A stretch of 63,999 bases of DNA, filler included, from Dimargaris cristalligena (GCA_003614675.1; 7 parts of 7 records of this genome joined end to end with filler, not necessarily neighbours in it), one strand, 5' to 3'; positions 49,798 through 63,999 are shown, counted from the whole stretch's first letter. Numbers and translations: made by a program. The notes: generated from the letters alone by a model not told the origin.

Positions 49798-51481
49798 TTT
49801 AAACGGTTAACAGGAAATAGGTGAGGAGGTATAGGCTAAACAGGTACACCCAGAATTACTTTGGGCCAAATAGGGAGGAAATAAAAATGCCGGGAAGTGT
49901 TCAAATGGCGATGATAAACAGTGCTTACATTATCTACACAGAGGGAGAGAACAGGTGGGTTTTATATACTGGTGCTGGTTATAATTTAGGATGGGATTGT
50001 TGGAGGGGATTCATGTGGTGCAAGGACTAGGCGTCGCAGCTGGTTTGGACGCAGCCAGACTGGGCATTTCTTCCCCAAATGGTTTACCAAAGACCCGTTA
50101 CTGCTAGCCTGGCCGAAAATAAAAGTGTTCGAACAACTTAGGCCCTTGTTACCACACTAGCTGTAGTCCAAGTGCCTGGGTAATTTCCTATTATAGTATG
50201 GTGAATATTCGCATTTGGGGGTTAAAAGTGCCGCGGTTAAATTTATATTGCTATATCCCGGCTATACTGTATCACTAGTACAAAGTTGGGGGGAGAGGGA
50301 ATAGAAGGGAAGAGACGGGGAGAGCGGAGGGGGTGGACTTCTCAGATCAAAATTAATAATCGGGATATACTTGGACCAGTCAATAGAAAAGACAATACAA
50401 TTGGGAATCTCTCGATTCCACCACCCCGATACAGGCAATGCCTCCTTCCCGGCGTATAATGTGCGCCGGAATATGCCCCCACAGATGGATAAATATCCTT
50501 CAATTAGACAATACAACTCATTCTATCCCAGTTTTCCGACAGCTAACGGTTGGGGTGAGTAATTAACCATTTCGAAAACGAGTATTTCAAAGCTAGTGTA
50601 CTAACAGGTAAATACAGCAATAAGTATACCTCCGTTGCTATTATTGATAGGTAGCTGGAGACGACAATCACTCTACAAAGCCTTGTTTTTCTTTTCCGTC
50701 CTCGCTGACTTAACGGATTGGTTGGGCCAATCACCAATGTATAGCCGAATGGCCTGTATATATTTTACAGAATATGGACCGGCCCAACAGTGAAATTGGC
50801 GAGGCGAGGAAGGAAGTGTTCTGTACGGATATTTGGATAGGCAGCCGCCACTACTATCCCCTTTTTTGTATTGCCCAATAGTTAGAACGGGTGAATAGTC
50901 TTGACGAGTACACCGCCTATTCTATGAAGCATTTCCCTTTAACCAATATGTTTCCCTTCAACGAGGATTGCTGGAAGGTATGGCGGGAGGTACCACAGCG
51001 GCCACCATATAGATTGGGTTTAGCCGTATTGTAAAAAACGAACAGTATAGTAGATGAGCTGGGGCCTACTGTTGGTAAATAGTCCTTCCGCTTATTTACC
51101 TTATTAATTTTCTTTGTAAATGTTGTACAGGTATATTGAATTTGACCCGCATGAGCCATACTTTCCCTCCGATTAGTAGTCACCTGACTTTCAACGGACA
51201 GGAGTTTAGCCCAAGGGTATTTTCTATTAATCCGGTTTGTTTACTCTAGGGGACCGAAGCAGCATACACCTTTGCAAGCACAGCCCAAAGCGCATTCTGT
51301 GACGACCGCATTTAACCATTCCAACTCCGCCAATTTCACCGTTTGCCCCTCGTTATCCTGTATTCTTTTCGGTTCCTCGTCTACCAACATACACCCCCTT
51401 TACGGACCAAACCTCGGCTCTACTTTCTCTATTAGCCCCTTCGCATTCCCAAGTCCAGTTTATAACAATCCACACAGAGCC

Positions 51482-52142
51482 ATGGCCCTCGAGAACTGCC
51501 TGGCTAGATTGGCCGACACTGTTCAGCAGCTCAACCAGCTCGATTTTGAATATCCCAAGGCCGATTTGAGAAGCCTGGGCATCGGACCACCGGCTGGCGG
51601 TCACCAGGAGGGACAGACACCACCTGTGTCCATGCGGCCACCCCGCCCGTTCGAACATAAGCTATCGACTGCTGAGTTCGATAAGTTGCTGGAGGAAGTC
51701 CAAGTGAAATCCAATGAACTAAAGTAGGTATCGAATAGCACGGCGGACAGCTTTATTGAGGGTTGGGTATGGGAAACCCCGCGGACAGTAAAATGGATAT
51801 GGCCCGTTTCCCCTGGCTACCTTAATTATTATGATATTCCGGAAAAAATGCGACTTGGGCCAAATTAGATGCCAGGGGTGTAGATTATTAACCTGATTGT
51901 TTCATTGCCACCGTGACCCCCCCCTTTTCTTATGGCACAGATTCCGCAACAAGAAAACACTATCCGCCTTCGAGTTTGAGGACCTATTCGAACGAACTGT
52001 TGATTTAGCGGAATTATGGTGAGTTGCTAATCTCAAAATGACCAATGAGTATTAGGTTCGGTTTTACTGAAAGTATAGCCGAGCCACCTTCATAAGGAAG
52101 GCTGAACCACATAGACACAATTATATATCTGACCATTATTAT

Positions 52143-52176
<34 letters not shown>

Positions 52177-53391
52177 CACGGCGTACTTTCACCATTCTCC
52201 GGCTAGTGCCATACCCGAATGCGACGAACGGTTAGATGACATCGCTGTGCAGTATGAATCCCTCGCCGAGTCTTCTGAGGTGTTGCGCAACCAGTTGAAC
52301 GAGGTAAGCCAAATATTGGACTGTAAATTGATATCATGTCGATAAACGGCTTGTAACTAACTGAAATTCCCCCCTTGACATATGCCATAGATGGTCGAGA
52401 TGCCTATACACCACCACTTATTATATAGGGTGAACTTACGAGATTTTTTTTGTTTTGAAATGGTACCACACCCTCCACCTACAATGGTCCGATTGCTTTG
52501 TCCCTTGAGATCCAACTAACTTTACCCGATCCCGAAAGTGACCGGAACGATGGCAACCGGCTAATGGAGGAGTTGAACCAAATCCAGAATGATATACGGC
52601 AAACCCGGGCCCTCGTGATGAAAAAGGAGCGGATACTGGGCGAGCTGGACCAACAAATCACCAAGCACCGGCGGGTGGCGACGGTCAAGGCCACCTCCCA
52701 ATCCATGTCGTCGTCCGATTCTTACGAAATGGCTGAAATTGGCCACCTGGAGAAGCTCGTTGCCGAAAAGTCGCGGTTCTTGAAAGCGCAGGAGGAGGCC
52801 TATGGTGGTTCCCCCGAGAAGGCCCCGGGAGCCTCCCCGCCTGGATTCGACTGGGCTTTACTGGAACCGGTGGTGGCCTTTGATTCCACGGTCCAGGAGC
52901 AGATTCGGGCGTATCGCGACGCCCCGGACCGGATGGCTTGGCAGAGCTCGGGCGCCGCCCGCGGAGAAAAGATTCCCTCCCATTTGGGGTCAGTCCAGGC
53001 TATCCTGAACCGCATTCTGGTGACTACCGAAAACTACCACTACAATGCGGATTTCATCCAAGCGGCGCTGCAGCGTACCACCGCTTTGGTTGCCGAGGCC
53101 CGGCCACTCGCTACGACAGGTAGCCGACCGACCAACGCCAGTCCCAATGGGGCGCCTGAGTTCCCCATCGAAACGGTATTGGCCGCGGCGGCCCTCCACC
53201 ACCTCATCGAGTCGGGCGGGGTGGTGCTATTCCGCGATTTAAAGGTTCATACGGGAAAAGCAGCTGAGGCGCGTGGGTACCCGGTGGAAAAAGCCGTTGA
53301 GAGCATCTATTCCATGGTAGCCAAAAAATGGATTGAGATTGACCGCACCACGAAGGACACTCTGGTTCGGTTCAAGGACTCGATGGCATAG
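51482..53391 (+). CDS. DASH/Dam1 complex Spc34-like protein with long C-terminal extension; exons ~51482-51723, 51941-52018, 52207-52303 and ~52510-53391
   Basis: LENCLARLADTVQQLNQLDF, MRPPRPFEHKL and FEDLFERTVDLAELCAIPECDERLDDIAVQYESL follow the Spc34 pattern as I recall it. The last acceptor is uncertain (GAG). Confidence 0.55.
52146..52173. repeat. (TA)n microsatellite in an intron
   Basis: Direct reading, about 14 TA units. Confidence 0.9.
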
Positions 53392-56300
53392 ACACATTAT
53401 GGAAGGCGCTGTTCCCTGGGTCTCTATAATGGGCTCGATTAGGGGGTTGTTTTAATAAATTATTTTTTAAAAAAATATTTTGGGATGATGGCTGATGGTA
53501 TGAAATGTCACAGGTTGTTTGAAACGGGTTGATGCGAAGCACAGTCTCCGTGTGAACGACTGAAGCAGTAGCATGTCCACTGGCGGCCTCTAATAAAATT
53601 GCCCGACCGCCATAATAATGGGGTATGCAATTAATAGGAGTGTGAATGGGTCAGGCGGAAAGTTTGTCATTTTCCCGCCGAATTTTAATGGAGTGGACAA
53701 AGGGGCAGACCTGTAAGGGAAAACCGGAGGATGAGGGGTGCAGTGTCATGAGGATGCAATAGGGACTTGGGTCAAACTGAGATTGAGGGAAAATCAGATT
53801 TCTGAAAATAAAAATAGGTCTGATTTCAAGGAACGAGATATGGGGACCGTAATAATCAGCGAGTTAATTGGTTACTCAACTTGGAAAAAATCACCATATA
53901 ATATTGGTCAGCAATGAGTGCCACAGCTCGGCTGCGTTTATAATATTCACTGTAAGTCAATAACCTGAACCAGTAGCGACCATTTTAAAAGGCCTCATTG
54001 AGACCCCGGCCGGCTAGTGGCTCTATTTCGTCTAGCCTTAGGAGATCGACTGTGGTTACCCCATGTTTACCTGCAACTAGCTGGTTTCAGGTGAATAGCA
54101 AGTGCGGTGCGACGGGATTGTAATGCCTTGTTGCACAGGATGGTATTAAACATCAACCTGGATAACGCACTAATGCCAGTTATGACGGCGAACCCAGTTG
54201 CGGGCAAAACGATATGAAATCAGGCTCAGAGCCTTGATTCGGTAAATAGCATGTGTTTTTGTTTATAATATGGAGAGGGGGTAGTGACTAAAGCTGTCAG
54301 AATACCTAGCCGTCCTCACCGAACCCCAATATCAATTGCTTCTTAAAAGGAGCAACGAATCAAGGCCGGTAAGATCATCGAATGGGCCCCGGTCGTGAAA
54401 GCGGAACCCACAAATCTCCCTTTACGAACGGCAGGTTGTCATTCCTCAACCAACTTTAGTCAACGGCTGTAAATTAATAATGGAGCAGCTTAGTTGTAGA
54501 AACTATTAACATGATCCTGTAAAGTACAGTCGATGCTGTTCATGGAGGTGGCGGGACTCCCTCTTTTTATGGGGGAGGGCGATTATTCCGGCTACTAATG
54601 CCATCTTTGTGGGACAGGTCAGTACGCTGAAATACCGAATCTGCCAATCATTTAACCGGATTTCTCGCTGCGGCCACACAATGCTTAGCCGCGAAAGGAA
54701 AGGATAATCACCAGTAATAACAAAGGCCGATATACAGGTGGCGACGCCCCATTGGCCGAACCGAGTAGATACTAATAATGAGTTCTTATCAGGCAGCTTA
54801 GTCGGGCCTGGCCTATTTTACACCAACGGGCTGCGAGAGTATGCTAAAGGGGGGGGGATAGGTTTCCGGACGGGTCCAGACGAATGTGCGAGCCTTATCC
54901 GCAGGTACTGCGGTCTATCCAAAAGGAGTTTGTATCGAAAAACCGACTCCCCTCCTTGGGCGAGGAAGTGCGAAAGGCACTTAGTTGAAATAAATATAAA
55001 ACCCAAGCCTTGGCAACAATGATATTCGCCAGACTTCCTAATTTAGGCCCAATAGCCCTTCCCAAAGTCCCACATTTACCGGCTCGGAAAATACAGCCAA
55101 TCAACGCGCAGTGCTTCGGCCGCCACTCAAAGTATCCATGAGGGAGTTAGATGACAGGGAGGGTGTGACGCCCCGTCCTCTCAATATAGATCAGACTATC
55201 TCCGCCAAAATGGTTAGCCGCCGCCCTAGCAAGGGAAAGGACGCTGTCCCACATGATGCAGCTCTTCTTTCTATTTAGCATAGAGTAAAAAGGCCTCTTT
55301 GATTAAGAAGGCCTGGTCAACAACAACTGGCCACTCTCCGCCATTTGTCAGCCCGTGTCCGGTGGGACCTCCCCTTATAAGGAAACCGGCGAATGGGCGG
55401 CTAAATCGATCTGGAGAGTCCACCAATAAGAGCGCAAGGAACGTGGCGGGTGCGGGATGGCCTATAGCCGACTTTATCGCTCTGTCCAATCCTATTTTTT
55501 CGAGCACACTGTCCTTCGGCAATCCCTGACTCCAAAATATGTCCCACTTGCTCACCNNNNNNNNNNNNNNNNNNNNNNNNNNNNNNNNNNNNNNNNNNNN
55601 TTAATTAATTAANNNNNNNNNNNNNNNNNNNNNNNNNNNNNNNNNNNNNNNNNNNNGCGAAAAATAGATAAAAAATAAAAGTAGGTAAAAAATGTGGTAA
55701 GTTCACCACAGAGTAAATGAAATAGGAAAAAGATAAAATATACCCTATGTATAACAAAGGTAGAGTGTGTTGGAATACTATGGATGTAAAGAAAATAAAA
55801 CTAGAAGTAAGGGAAGAAAGTAGCTAGAGGATAGTAGGTGCCTCTAGGTAGTTAGTTTTATTGAGCTGTAATTTCAATGGGGTGATATATAAGTGGCTAA
55901 CATAAATGATCTCATAGTAGTAGAATAAACTTACATAATTGGGTAAAATAGGATAAGATAAAGAACATATAGGAACATATTCTTCAACACAAAATGGCAT
56001 GCTTATTAAATAGATAGGAAAGAAGCATTAAATTGGAAGAATGCTGCTGAGAAAAATAATACAGCACCTTTTATTTAACCTATCTCTGTTAAGAAGTCTA
56101 CAGCCTCCTTGACTTCCCCCCCGCTCCTGAAGAAACCTGCAAATGGGTCTTTCACCCCAGGTCCTCGTGGCAAGTCAGTCAAGCCCAGCATCACCACCAC
56201 CACTGCCAAGCCCATATTTGCCTGAAATGGGTATTCCAGAAACTAAAACTAGGACTGGTAGTCAAGGCCCCTTCCTTGGCAGAAGGGTGTTTCCCAAGGA

Positions 56301-57673
56301 AAGGCCTACCCTTGCTCTACCCCTACATGTGCTGCACCATTATCTTCCACTCAACACATTCCTAGCATATGTATTTACAATTTTATGAAATGTGATGGGT
56401 TGACCACTACTGGTTCTTTTCACTCCAAATAATTGTGAATTGACCAAATACATTATCTTCCGCTAAGTATTTTTAAAAGTGATATACCTGTTTATATATA
56501 TATTACATTAATTTGGCCCTTTGGCTGGGAATGGTCCAGAAGCCTTGAACTAGCCAAGTCCCTTTGCCTTCCATAGAATCCCATGGGTTTAGATGGGCTG
56601 TATTGAACTAAGATGTATGTTTTTATATGACTAGTTAAGCAATAATAGTATAGGTAATAGGGGGTGGAAATTGGCGGAAATGATAAAGTTAGTTGGGTGG
56701 TCTGTAGGCACACTGCAGAGAAATGCTGCAGCCACCTGCTCTTGATTTAGAATGTAATGATGTAAATTGTGATTGTCAAGTATTCCAACTTTTTAGCGAA
56801 CAGGTCGATAGAATACCATCAATTTATGGGTGTTTGTGGCTGTTACTTTTATACTGGAGGGTGGTTGCTCGACGAGTTGAAAATTATGAAGTCAAAGTAA
56901 TAGCACTGCTGGATAGGCCGCTAAGGAAGATACGAACTAGAACAACCCTTGTTTGAGTGGGGATTTCAGGACAGCCTATTAGTCCGGAAGTGCCTCCACA
57001 TCAAGAGTCCTGAGGATGTGTTGGGACGTAAATCATACCATTACCCATGATGATAGTACAATTCTATTAATTACAATGACTGGTTAGTGCGTATTATTGA
57101 TTTCACCTAAACGGGCGTAATTGCCAATCATCAACCAAGGTGAGACTCTTGGGACGCTTGATGCTTAGCTATCCTAGAAGACATGACCATGGTTAATGAA
57201 TGGAATGGCCGACTGGACTACAGGAAAGTGGTGATTTCGTTGGTTAACTTTTAAACCCAACGGAGAGTCGATACGGACGAAACTCGGCCCAGCTGTATAC
57301 GATTCGGAATAAAAGATAGATAGTAATATAGATAGGGGGAAAATTAACCGGGCAAAATCAGTCGCAGTCAGATTTTATACAGTTAAATTTGAGCCTCGCC
57401 CATATATTTTGATAAATGAGTCCCTTCTTTCAATTTAAACATTATAATTCTGAAACACCGATGGGGAAGTGCCGAAGTAGCTGACGATCCACATTGGCGT
57501 ATAAACTGGCAAGCAACAGTCTGTATTAGCGATGGTATTTGTATGGTGCATATTTATATAGGTTGAAATAAAATTAAAAGGACAAGTACCCGAAATGATT
57601 GAACCGTAGTAATATACCGATAGAAGGCGATTATAGTATACGGGTGTGATAAAATGGGAGGGCTGCTTGATCA

Positions 57674-60600
57674 TCAAGGTACATCAACGGGGCCGATTTC
57701 ACTGAAAGTGCCTTTAGAAAAGTACTCGGCAATCACATCAAACCCTTCGGGTGCATCCTCCAGCTTCGCCAAAAAGCGGTCGTGTTGACCAGCGGCTGCC
57801 TCTTGGCTTCGAATCACCTCGGCCACCATCCGATTTTCCGTTGCGCAACGCGGGCATTCCTCCTCCGCTTCCCCCAAACACCGCTGGTGGTAGGAGTGCC
57901 GGCACAGAAAATGAATGGCCGGTAGGTCCAGCGGGGTTTGGCAGGAACTGCACTGGGTGGCCTGGAATACAATGGGGGTAGTTTGCAGGCGCCGAATATC
58001 TTGCCGCATGGCTTCGGTCTCTTCCCGGTAACTCTCGATTAATCGCTGGTCCTGGTCGGCTTGGGCGCGTTCGGAACGTAGGGAGCGGAGAAGAAATTCT
58101 TTCACCAGACCTAGTTTGGCCACCGAATGGCGACTGAGGATTTGGACCACCTCCAACGGAGGAAGGAGGCCTAGGCGTTCGATTTTGGCCAGCAGGGGCT
58201 GCAATTCGTCGGCGTGGGTGGTGAGAGTCGTGCTGGACGAGACAATGTAGTTGAGGGTTTGGGTGTATAGGGAGGGCTCTTTGGTACCCAGTTTGTCCAA
58301 GAGTTGGAGTACGGTTTCAACGTCGTCCCGGTCCATGTAAAACTGGAAGAGCTCCTGGTACATTTGGCGGGATTCATAGAGCCAAGTGGTACCCTGATCA
58401 AACTGTACCATGTCGCATAGGGTAAAGGCTTGGTCCCAGTCGTAATCTACGTCGCGGTCCTGGAGCAGGGCCATTACCTTTTTGGCGGCCGTCTGCCGGC
58501 CAGCGGCGGAGTCGCCGGAGTCGGATGATGGGGTCGCCGAAGTGGCAAGGCGGGTAAAATGCTCCCATTCCTCCAAGTGGAGCTCGAGGAGGGTAAGCCA
58601 CACCACTTTGCGGTCGGCCAAGGTCTCGTCCTCCGCAGGGCCGGCATCCGCATCCGCCGCGGTACTTGCCGGGGTGTTCGGTGCGGTACGCTCGCTCCCC
58701 GAGTGCCAGCGGCGTTTGGACACAGTCTCCAAAAATTGGATTAAGTTCTGCGGGTGATTAATAAACACGCTTAAGAAAGGACGGGGGCTAGGTGGGGTGG
58801 TGTTGGGCTCAATCCGCGTACAAGTATCGATGAACAGCTGGGTCGTTTGATCCGGAAGTTGGTCTAACAGACGTTGACCGTAGCGAGTTAAGTATTCCAC
58901 CCGCTCAGAGGCATCGAAAGTACCGTGGCGGAGGTAGTCGACCGCCTCGTTGAGGTTCCCAATGTCCTCAATCTGGATCTCTAGGTAGACGCCGTGCTGG
59001 TTAAAACGGCGGGCGAGGGCCAGGGCGTGATCGGCGTATCCGGCCTGTCGACACACCTTGATGGCGGTATCCACATCGAATTGGAGGTCGGTTCCGCCCT
59101 GCTGCAGGAACCGGCTGAGCCGGGCCTCGTCCTTCAGTTTGGTGTAACAGTTGAGAAGCAGCGTGGTATGATCGGCAGTGGCCAGACCCTGTTCGTGGAG
59201 GGTCTCGAGATACGACGTCAAATGGTGAAGCCGCTGGGCGTCCAAGAACTTGCGAATCACGTACGAAGGCTCAACGTAGCCCACGGTTTGGAGGTATTGG
59301 TCCATGGCCCCGTCGTAATCATCCTGAGAGTACAGGTAGTCGCCGTAGCGTCGGTAAATCTCGGAGATACTCCCCTGGTTATAGCGGTGGTGGGTGGCCA
59401 ACTTTATAGCCAGAGGGTACAAATTTTGTTTATACAGGATATCCAGTTTCTGAGTGAGCGATTTTTCCTCCAGTCGGTAAAGCTCCGTGGACTCAGTGCT
59501 GGCCGACTCCGGGCTTTGGACCACCACGAAGATACCACCCCATTCGGATATAACTTGAACCTGGGCGGCGGCGAAATTACCTGAAAAGGCCACTAGTTTG
59601 TTTCGCATATCCAGGACCTGCAAGGTGAGGTTAGGTGCACTAACCATGGGGGTGGGAACCAGTGAAGTAGGTACATCCCCGCCCGTTGGGCCGGAGGCTC
59701 CGTATAGCCAGTGCAGGCCGCTCTGGCTATCGGCGTCGGGGTTGGTCAGGATGATTACGTAGTCCTTAAAGGATCGCACCAGGACTTTGGGGCCTTCGAT
59801 GGCGAAACACGGACCACGGCCCTCGGGGGAATAGAAATAGATGGCCTCTTCGCGGGCCACCACGAGCTCCCCGCGGGCATTAGTATAACAGGCTCGAAGG
59901 GCACAGCCTTCCTGATCCAACAAGGTCTTGATCTCCCGCTGTGAATGGGTGGTATTAAAGACTAGAGTCTGGCTGGTGGTCGTGGTATAGAGCAGCGTAG
60001 GACTTGATGCTGACGGGGGTGGAGGGGGGCGTCGGTTATTGGCAGTATCGTTGGAATCGCCCTCGCCCGGGGGTGAGGTGAAGGCCAGTCCGGTTATAGG
60101 TTCCGTGGCCTCATGGAGTATTTTCTGTTTGAGCTGACCATGGTGGCGACCGAGGTCCCCACGGCCCAATACCACTAGACCGTTAGCAAAACCAAACGCC
60201 CATTGGCCTAGGGAGGGGTGGACGTCAAAAGTCGTGACGGGGAAAGGGGTGACGGGGAAATACTGAAGGGTAACCATGACGGGCTGATAATTGGCGTGGA
60301 ATACGCGGTCTAATGGCCATACCCGAATCAAGGGAGGACGCGATACGACAGATTCGAATTCCTGGGTATGAGGTATATAGTCGGGCCAAATATGGGGGTG
60401 TTCATAGGTTATTGCAGCCCAAAGATACTGCGAGTATAAAGCAGTGTAGCTGAGGCTGGCTCGCCACACTACGATAGAAAGCGGCGATTTACGTTATCGG
60501 CATGGCCGTGGCCGTGGCCGCGATTTCCGGATGCAACTTACATTAATAGTGATTAGCGCATTGGCCTCGGGGATACACTTAAGGTGGGTTAAGCGGCAGT

Positions 60601-60955
60601 CGTCCTGGGGCGCTGGCACAGCAAAAGACCGCACGGTGAATTTGGGGTCGACCACATGCACCGTATTCGTACGAACGCTTCCCAAGAACAGAAACCCGCC
60701 TTGCTGGTCAGTGGTGGTGGTCCAAGCCTTGTTGGTATGGTGTGGGCCGCTTTCGTTGGCGCTATTGGCAGTCCCTGACTGGCCGTCGGTAGGGGGAGAA
60801 GTCGGAAGGGGGGGTGGGCTCGAGTCTAAAACTACACCGGGCTGGCCCTCAGTCGAGGTGATGAGGAGGTCAGGTTCGGAAAAGACGGCGGGGAGTTGGG
60901 GAATCTCCTCCTGCACGAAGAAGTTGAACCGGCGGAGTCGGAAAGTATTCGTCAT
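57674..60955 (-). CDS. VPS11: Vacuolar protein sorting 11 (CORVET/HOPS); exons 60955-60542 and 60361-57674
   Basis: LRRFNFF N-terminus, YFYSPEGRGPCFAIEG, EPSYVIRKFLDAQR, HTTLLLNCYTKL and C-terminal RING CSSCQTPLDLPAIHFLCRHSYHQRC. Confidence 0.95.
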
Positions 60956-61371
60956 GGTGGAGAGTCCGCTTGACGACGAGTCCGCAATGCACAGCAAGAG
61001 AGATAAATGGAGAGACTTGAAGGAGAAAAGAGGTTAGAACAACTGGGATGGGATCAAAGGGTTGTTAAATGAAGCCACCCTGGCACTGGTGAGGTTCGGC
61101 CATAACTACTACCACTACAGAACCTTCTTGGGCATTACCCATCGCACATCCGGTACAGAGTTGGCTTATCTAGTTGTGGGTTCTAGCCCTGTATGCGTAG
61201 TCCATCTGCCTAGCTCCTTTACCTTCAAGGTTGTTGGTCTAGTCCTTGCTTGCACCTTTGTACTTTCTCCGTATACTTGGCTTTTACTTTCCAAGTTCTT
61301 CCCTCTCCCATCACCTTTGTTGTTTAGTTCGTTTCGTATATACGCGCCCCCGTGTGGCTGCTACATAGGTC

Positions 61372-63999
61372 ATGTTGGTCCGTCTTCGACCCTTGGGTCT
61401 CCACTTATGGCTGGTCATATTTGCCCTGGCCAGTCTCACTACCTCCATTCACGCCACTGTCTATGAGGATCAGGCCGGAATTGCCGATTGGTAAGTCAGG
61501 ACTTACATCGGCATATACAGTGGCCCTTTTGGAACAAGGCCGGGATTCCCCCCATTCTAGACTGGCATGTACGCCAGGCCCCCCAACCTGCACTACTTGG
61601 CCTTGGGCGGTCGGCACTCCAACCTGGCAGGCGTCAAACCTGTTATTTTCCATGGTCAGGAAGCCATGTTCCCACTTTAACTATTGCACTCCCTCTTTAA
61701 CACTGGGGTATTATTACTAATACAGTCTTACTCAATACCTTTTTTGGCCCACGGCCTCTTTATATTAACGCGATCCTACCTGCTGCACAATAGGCAAAAG
61801 AAACTGATCGGCAAACCCGTCAAAACCCTCACCTACCAGGGCCAAAATAGCTCGTACATAATCACCACTACCGAAAGGAATATCCTTGCCCTGCTCAGTC
61901 CCCTATCCGACGAAATTGTTTGGCGGCACCGTTTCGAGCCTACCGACCAGATTTATGACTTTAGTACCTCCCATCAGTTGATTTTTACGCTCTCCAGCAA
62001 CAACGCAGACCAGTCAACCGTGGCCCTCCGCGCCTGGGATGTGGCCTCTGCGTTTATGGTTTGGGAGAAATTTCTTACCATTGCCGCGTCGCCGCTTATC
62101 CCCCAGTTGCGCATGGTCCGGGCGGACGGCAGCGGTGATGCCATTGTGCTAACACCGGGTCCCCACTCTACTCTGACCCGACTTCACGCTATGACGGGTG
62201 CGATCGCATGGACCACCGGACTCGACACCCCTACTGGCGAGATTCTGGCGGATGTAGTCGAATCAGACGGCTCGCTCTACCTTGTGGGTGACGCCTCCCT
62301 ACCACCTAATCAGTACCACATTGATGTTTCGCGCGTTGACCCGACCACCGGGCAGGTCCAGCACCTTTACAACACCGCCCCCCATAGCCGGTTCGGCGAC
62401 GTCACTATTGTGCCCTCCCTGGTGGGTCCGGCGTGGGTCGTCTGGAAAACCCCCGAGGGCCTCGTTGTCAATACCCTAGGGGCCGCAGATCAAATCCGCG
62501 CCTTCTCCACTCGAGAGCTCGAATTGGATGGGGCCGACTGGACCTCCGTTGTATTATCTGGGCCCACCCAGCACGGCCTTCCCTTTGCGCCATTTAAACC
62601 CGCCTTTGTGATGCAGTCACTGAACACTCACCCCAGCGCCGCTTGGGTGGTGACCATGGACACCCAGGACCTTGAAAAGGCCCCAAGCCAGGTCAACTCA
62701 TTAGCATTGAAGTCTGAACACACTATTTCGGCTCTAGCTCTAGCCGAGCTGGGTGACCGTACCTTGGTGGCATTCGCTGAGGACACTCCCCTCGACCAGA
62801 CAATCGTGCACATTGAGCCCCTGGATGATACTACCCAACGCATGACGCTGAGTCTTCCCATTTCATCCATTGAGGCTGGCCCGGTCTCCCGTTTACATCT
62901 AATCCCAGGGGATAGTCTCGCCCAAAGTGCTGTTATGGTAACCTTCGAAAGTGGGTTCATAGCGCTGGCCACCCCCGAACGCCTGGTGTGGAAACGGGAA
63001 GAATCCTTGGCTCACGCCCAGGCCTTTCAGTGGTTAGACCTACCCGACTCCCACCTGTGGTCTGAGGATCAAGACGAGCTGGCCGAAGACCCCGAAATCA
63101 CCGATCAGAGCAACCTAATTGCCCGCTATGTGCGCCGCTGGCGCATCCACTTAGGCCAGCTGGTCAACCTGGCCCGCCGGGTGGGTTCCGGTTTGCTTCC
63201 CTTCGTCGAGGTATTATCGAGACCTAGCTCTTCCGGTGCTCACTCTACCCCGGTGATTACCACGGGCCAACACGATTCTTTCGGTATCCGCAAATTGGCC
63301 ATTTTCTTGACTCCCCAGGGCGCGCTATCGGCTATTGATACCCTTCGCGGACAAGTCGTTTGGACTCGCTTCCTACCTACCCTCACAGCCAGCCCCTCTG
63401 AATTGGGCCTGACTTGGACCCACCTCTTCGTCGTCCGTCCAGCCGTGGTGCGTTTGCCGCCCTTGCTGGCCGTGGTCGGACACTCGGCCGCTTTGGAGTC
63501 CCCTATTGCCCGAGTGGTCTATATTGATGGGCTATCGGGCGCCCTTCCCACGGATGTCACTGCTGCTACTACTCTCAATGTGTTGACCGATCACGTTTAC
63601 CAATTACCGATTAGTGACCCCGCGGACCGCATCAATGTCCTTGCTTTTACGTATTTTACTTCCTCGGCGATGCAGCCCCGCGTCCGACTGGTTCCCGATA
63701 GTTCATCCATTCGGGCCCAACTCCGGTCGTTGCTGGACCAGGTGGTCCTAGTGGCCGCTCTCACCGCCCCCTCGGCTCTGTGGGCTGACTCGAACGAGAC
63801 CCCTATTAAGGGCCACCGGATAGTGATGTCTGATGCCGATCTAGATAGCAGTCATGGAAGTGACCTTTCTACCGCCGTGGTTTGGCAGTTAGACCTACCT
63901 GCCCACGAATCTTTAGTCCAGGCCCAATCCAAGAACTCCTACGAACAAGTCGCTTCCCTTGGTCGAGTCCTGGGTGATCGCTCGGTTCTTTATAGTTGG
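61372..63999 (+). CDS. EMC1: ER membrane complex subunit 1, 3'-truncated; exons 61372-61490 and 61794 to the window end
   Basis: Signal peptide, then VYEDQAGIADW|QKKLIG, VWKREESLA, DSFGIRKL and VASLGRVLGDRSVLY. Missed by the ORF track because no stop lies within the window. Confidence 0.92.

Noticed and set aside
53400..55556. 2.1-kb ORF-poor stretch as a possible ncRNA locus
   Set aside because: I recognised no tRNA, snRNA or strong stem pattern. Several CCAAT boxes suggest a promoter for a gene beyond the contig end.
9807..62972. Many antisense and alternate-frame ORFs overlapping the real genes
   Set aside because: Shadow ORFs caused by high GC at third codon positions.

Overview
Eukaryotic genomic DNA with GT-AG introns. 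The gene set and style suggest an early-diverging fungus, possibly Zoopagomycota (inference only). The window is not contiguous: seven contigs of about 9.2 kb, in decreasing length order, are joined by artificial 100-nt N44-TTAATTAATTAA-N44 linkers, so adjacency across linkers means nothing. Recognisable genes: mitochondrial EF-G1, ER Hsp70 LHS1/GRP170, mitochondrial EF-G2 (partial), SHMT (partial), RPL24, DPH1 (11 exons), catalase (partial), a PPR protein, a ZNF706-like zinc protein, a HAUS4-like augmin subunit, YME2, UreG, a coiled-coil protein (partial), an Spc34-like DASH subunit, VPS11 and EMC1 (partial), plus two orphan secreted ORFs. The most unusual region is contig 1, which looks empty in the ORF track. 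It holds a duplicated ~2.3-kb module, each copy carrying an intact spliced 67-aa Tudor/SH3-barrel-like microprotein gene. The two proteins are only ~40% identical, while ORF-less upstream blocks are ~90% identical, and each copy lies next to CpG-free repeat relics. Other candidates are a nested RNA structure in the RPL24 intron, a 121-nt three-way-junction element at 40271-40391, and close linkage of the two mitochondrial EF-G paralogues.
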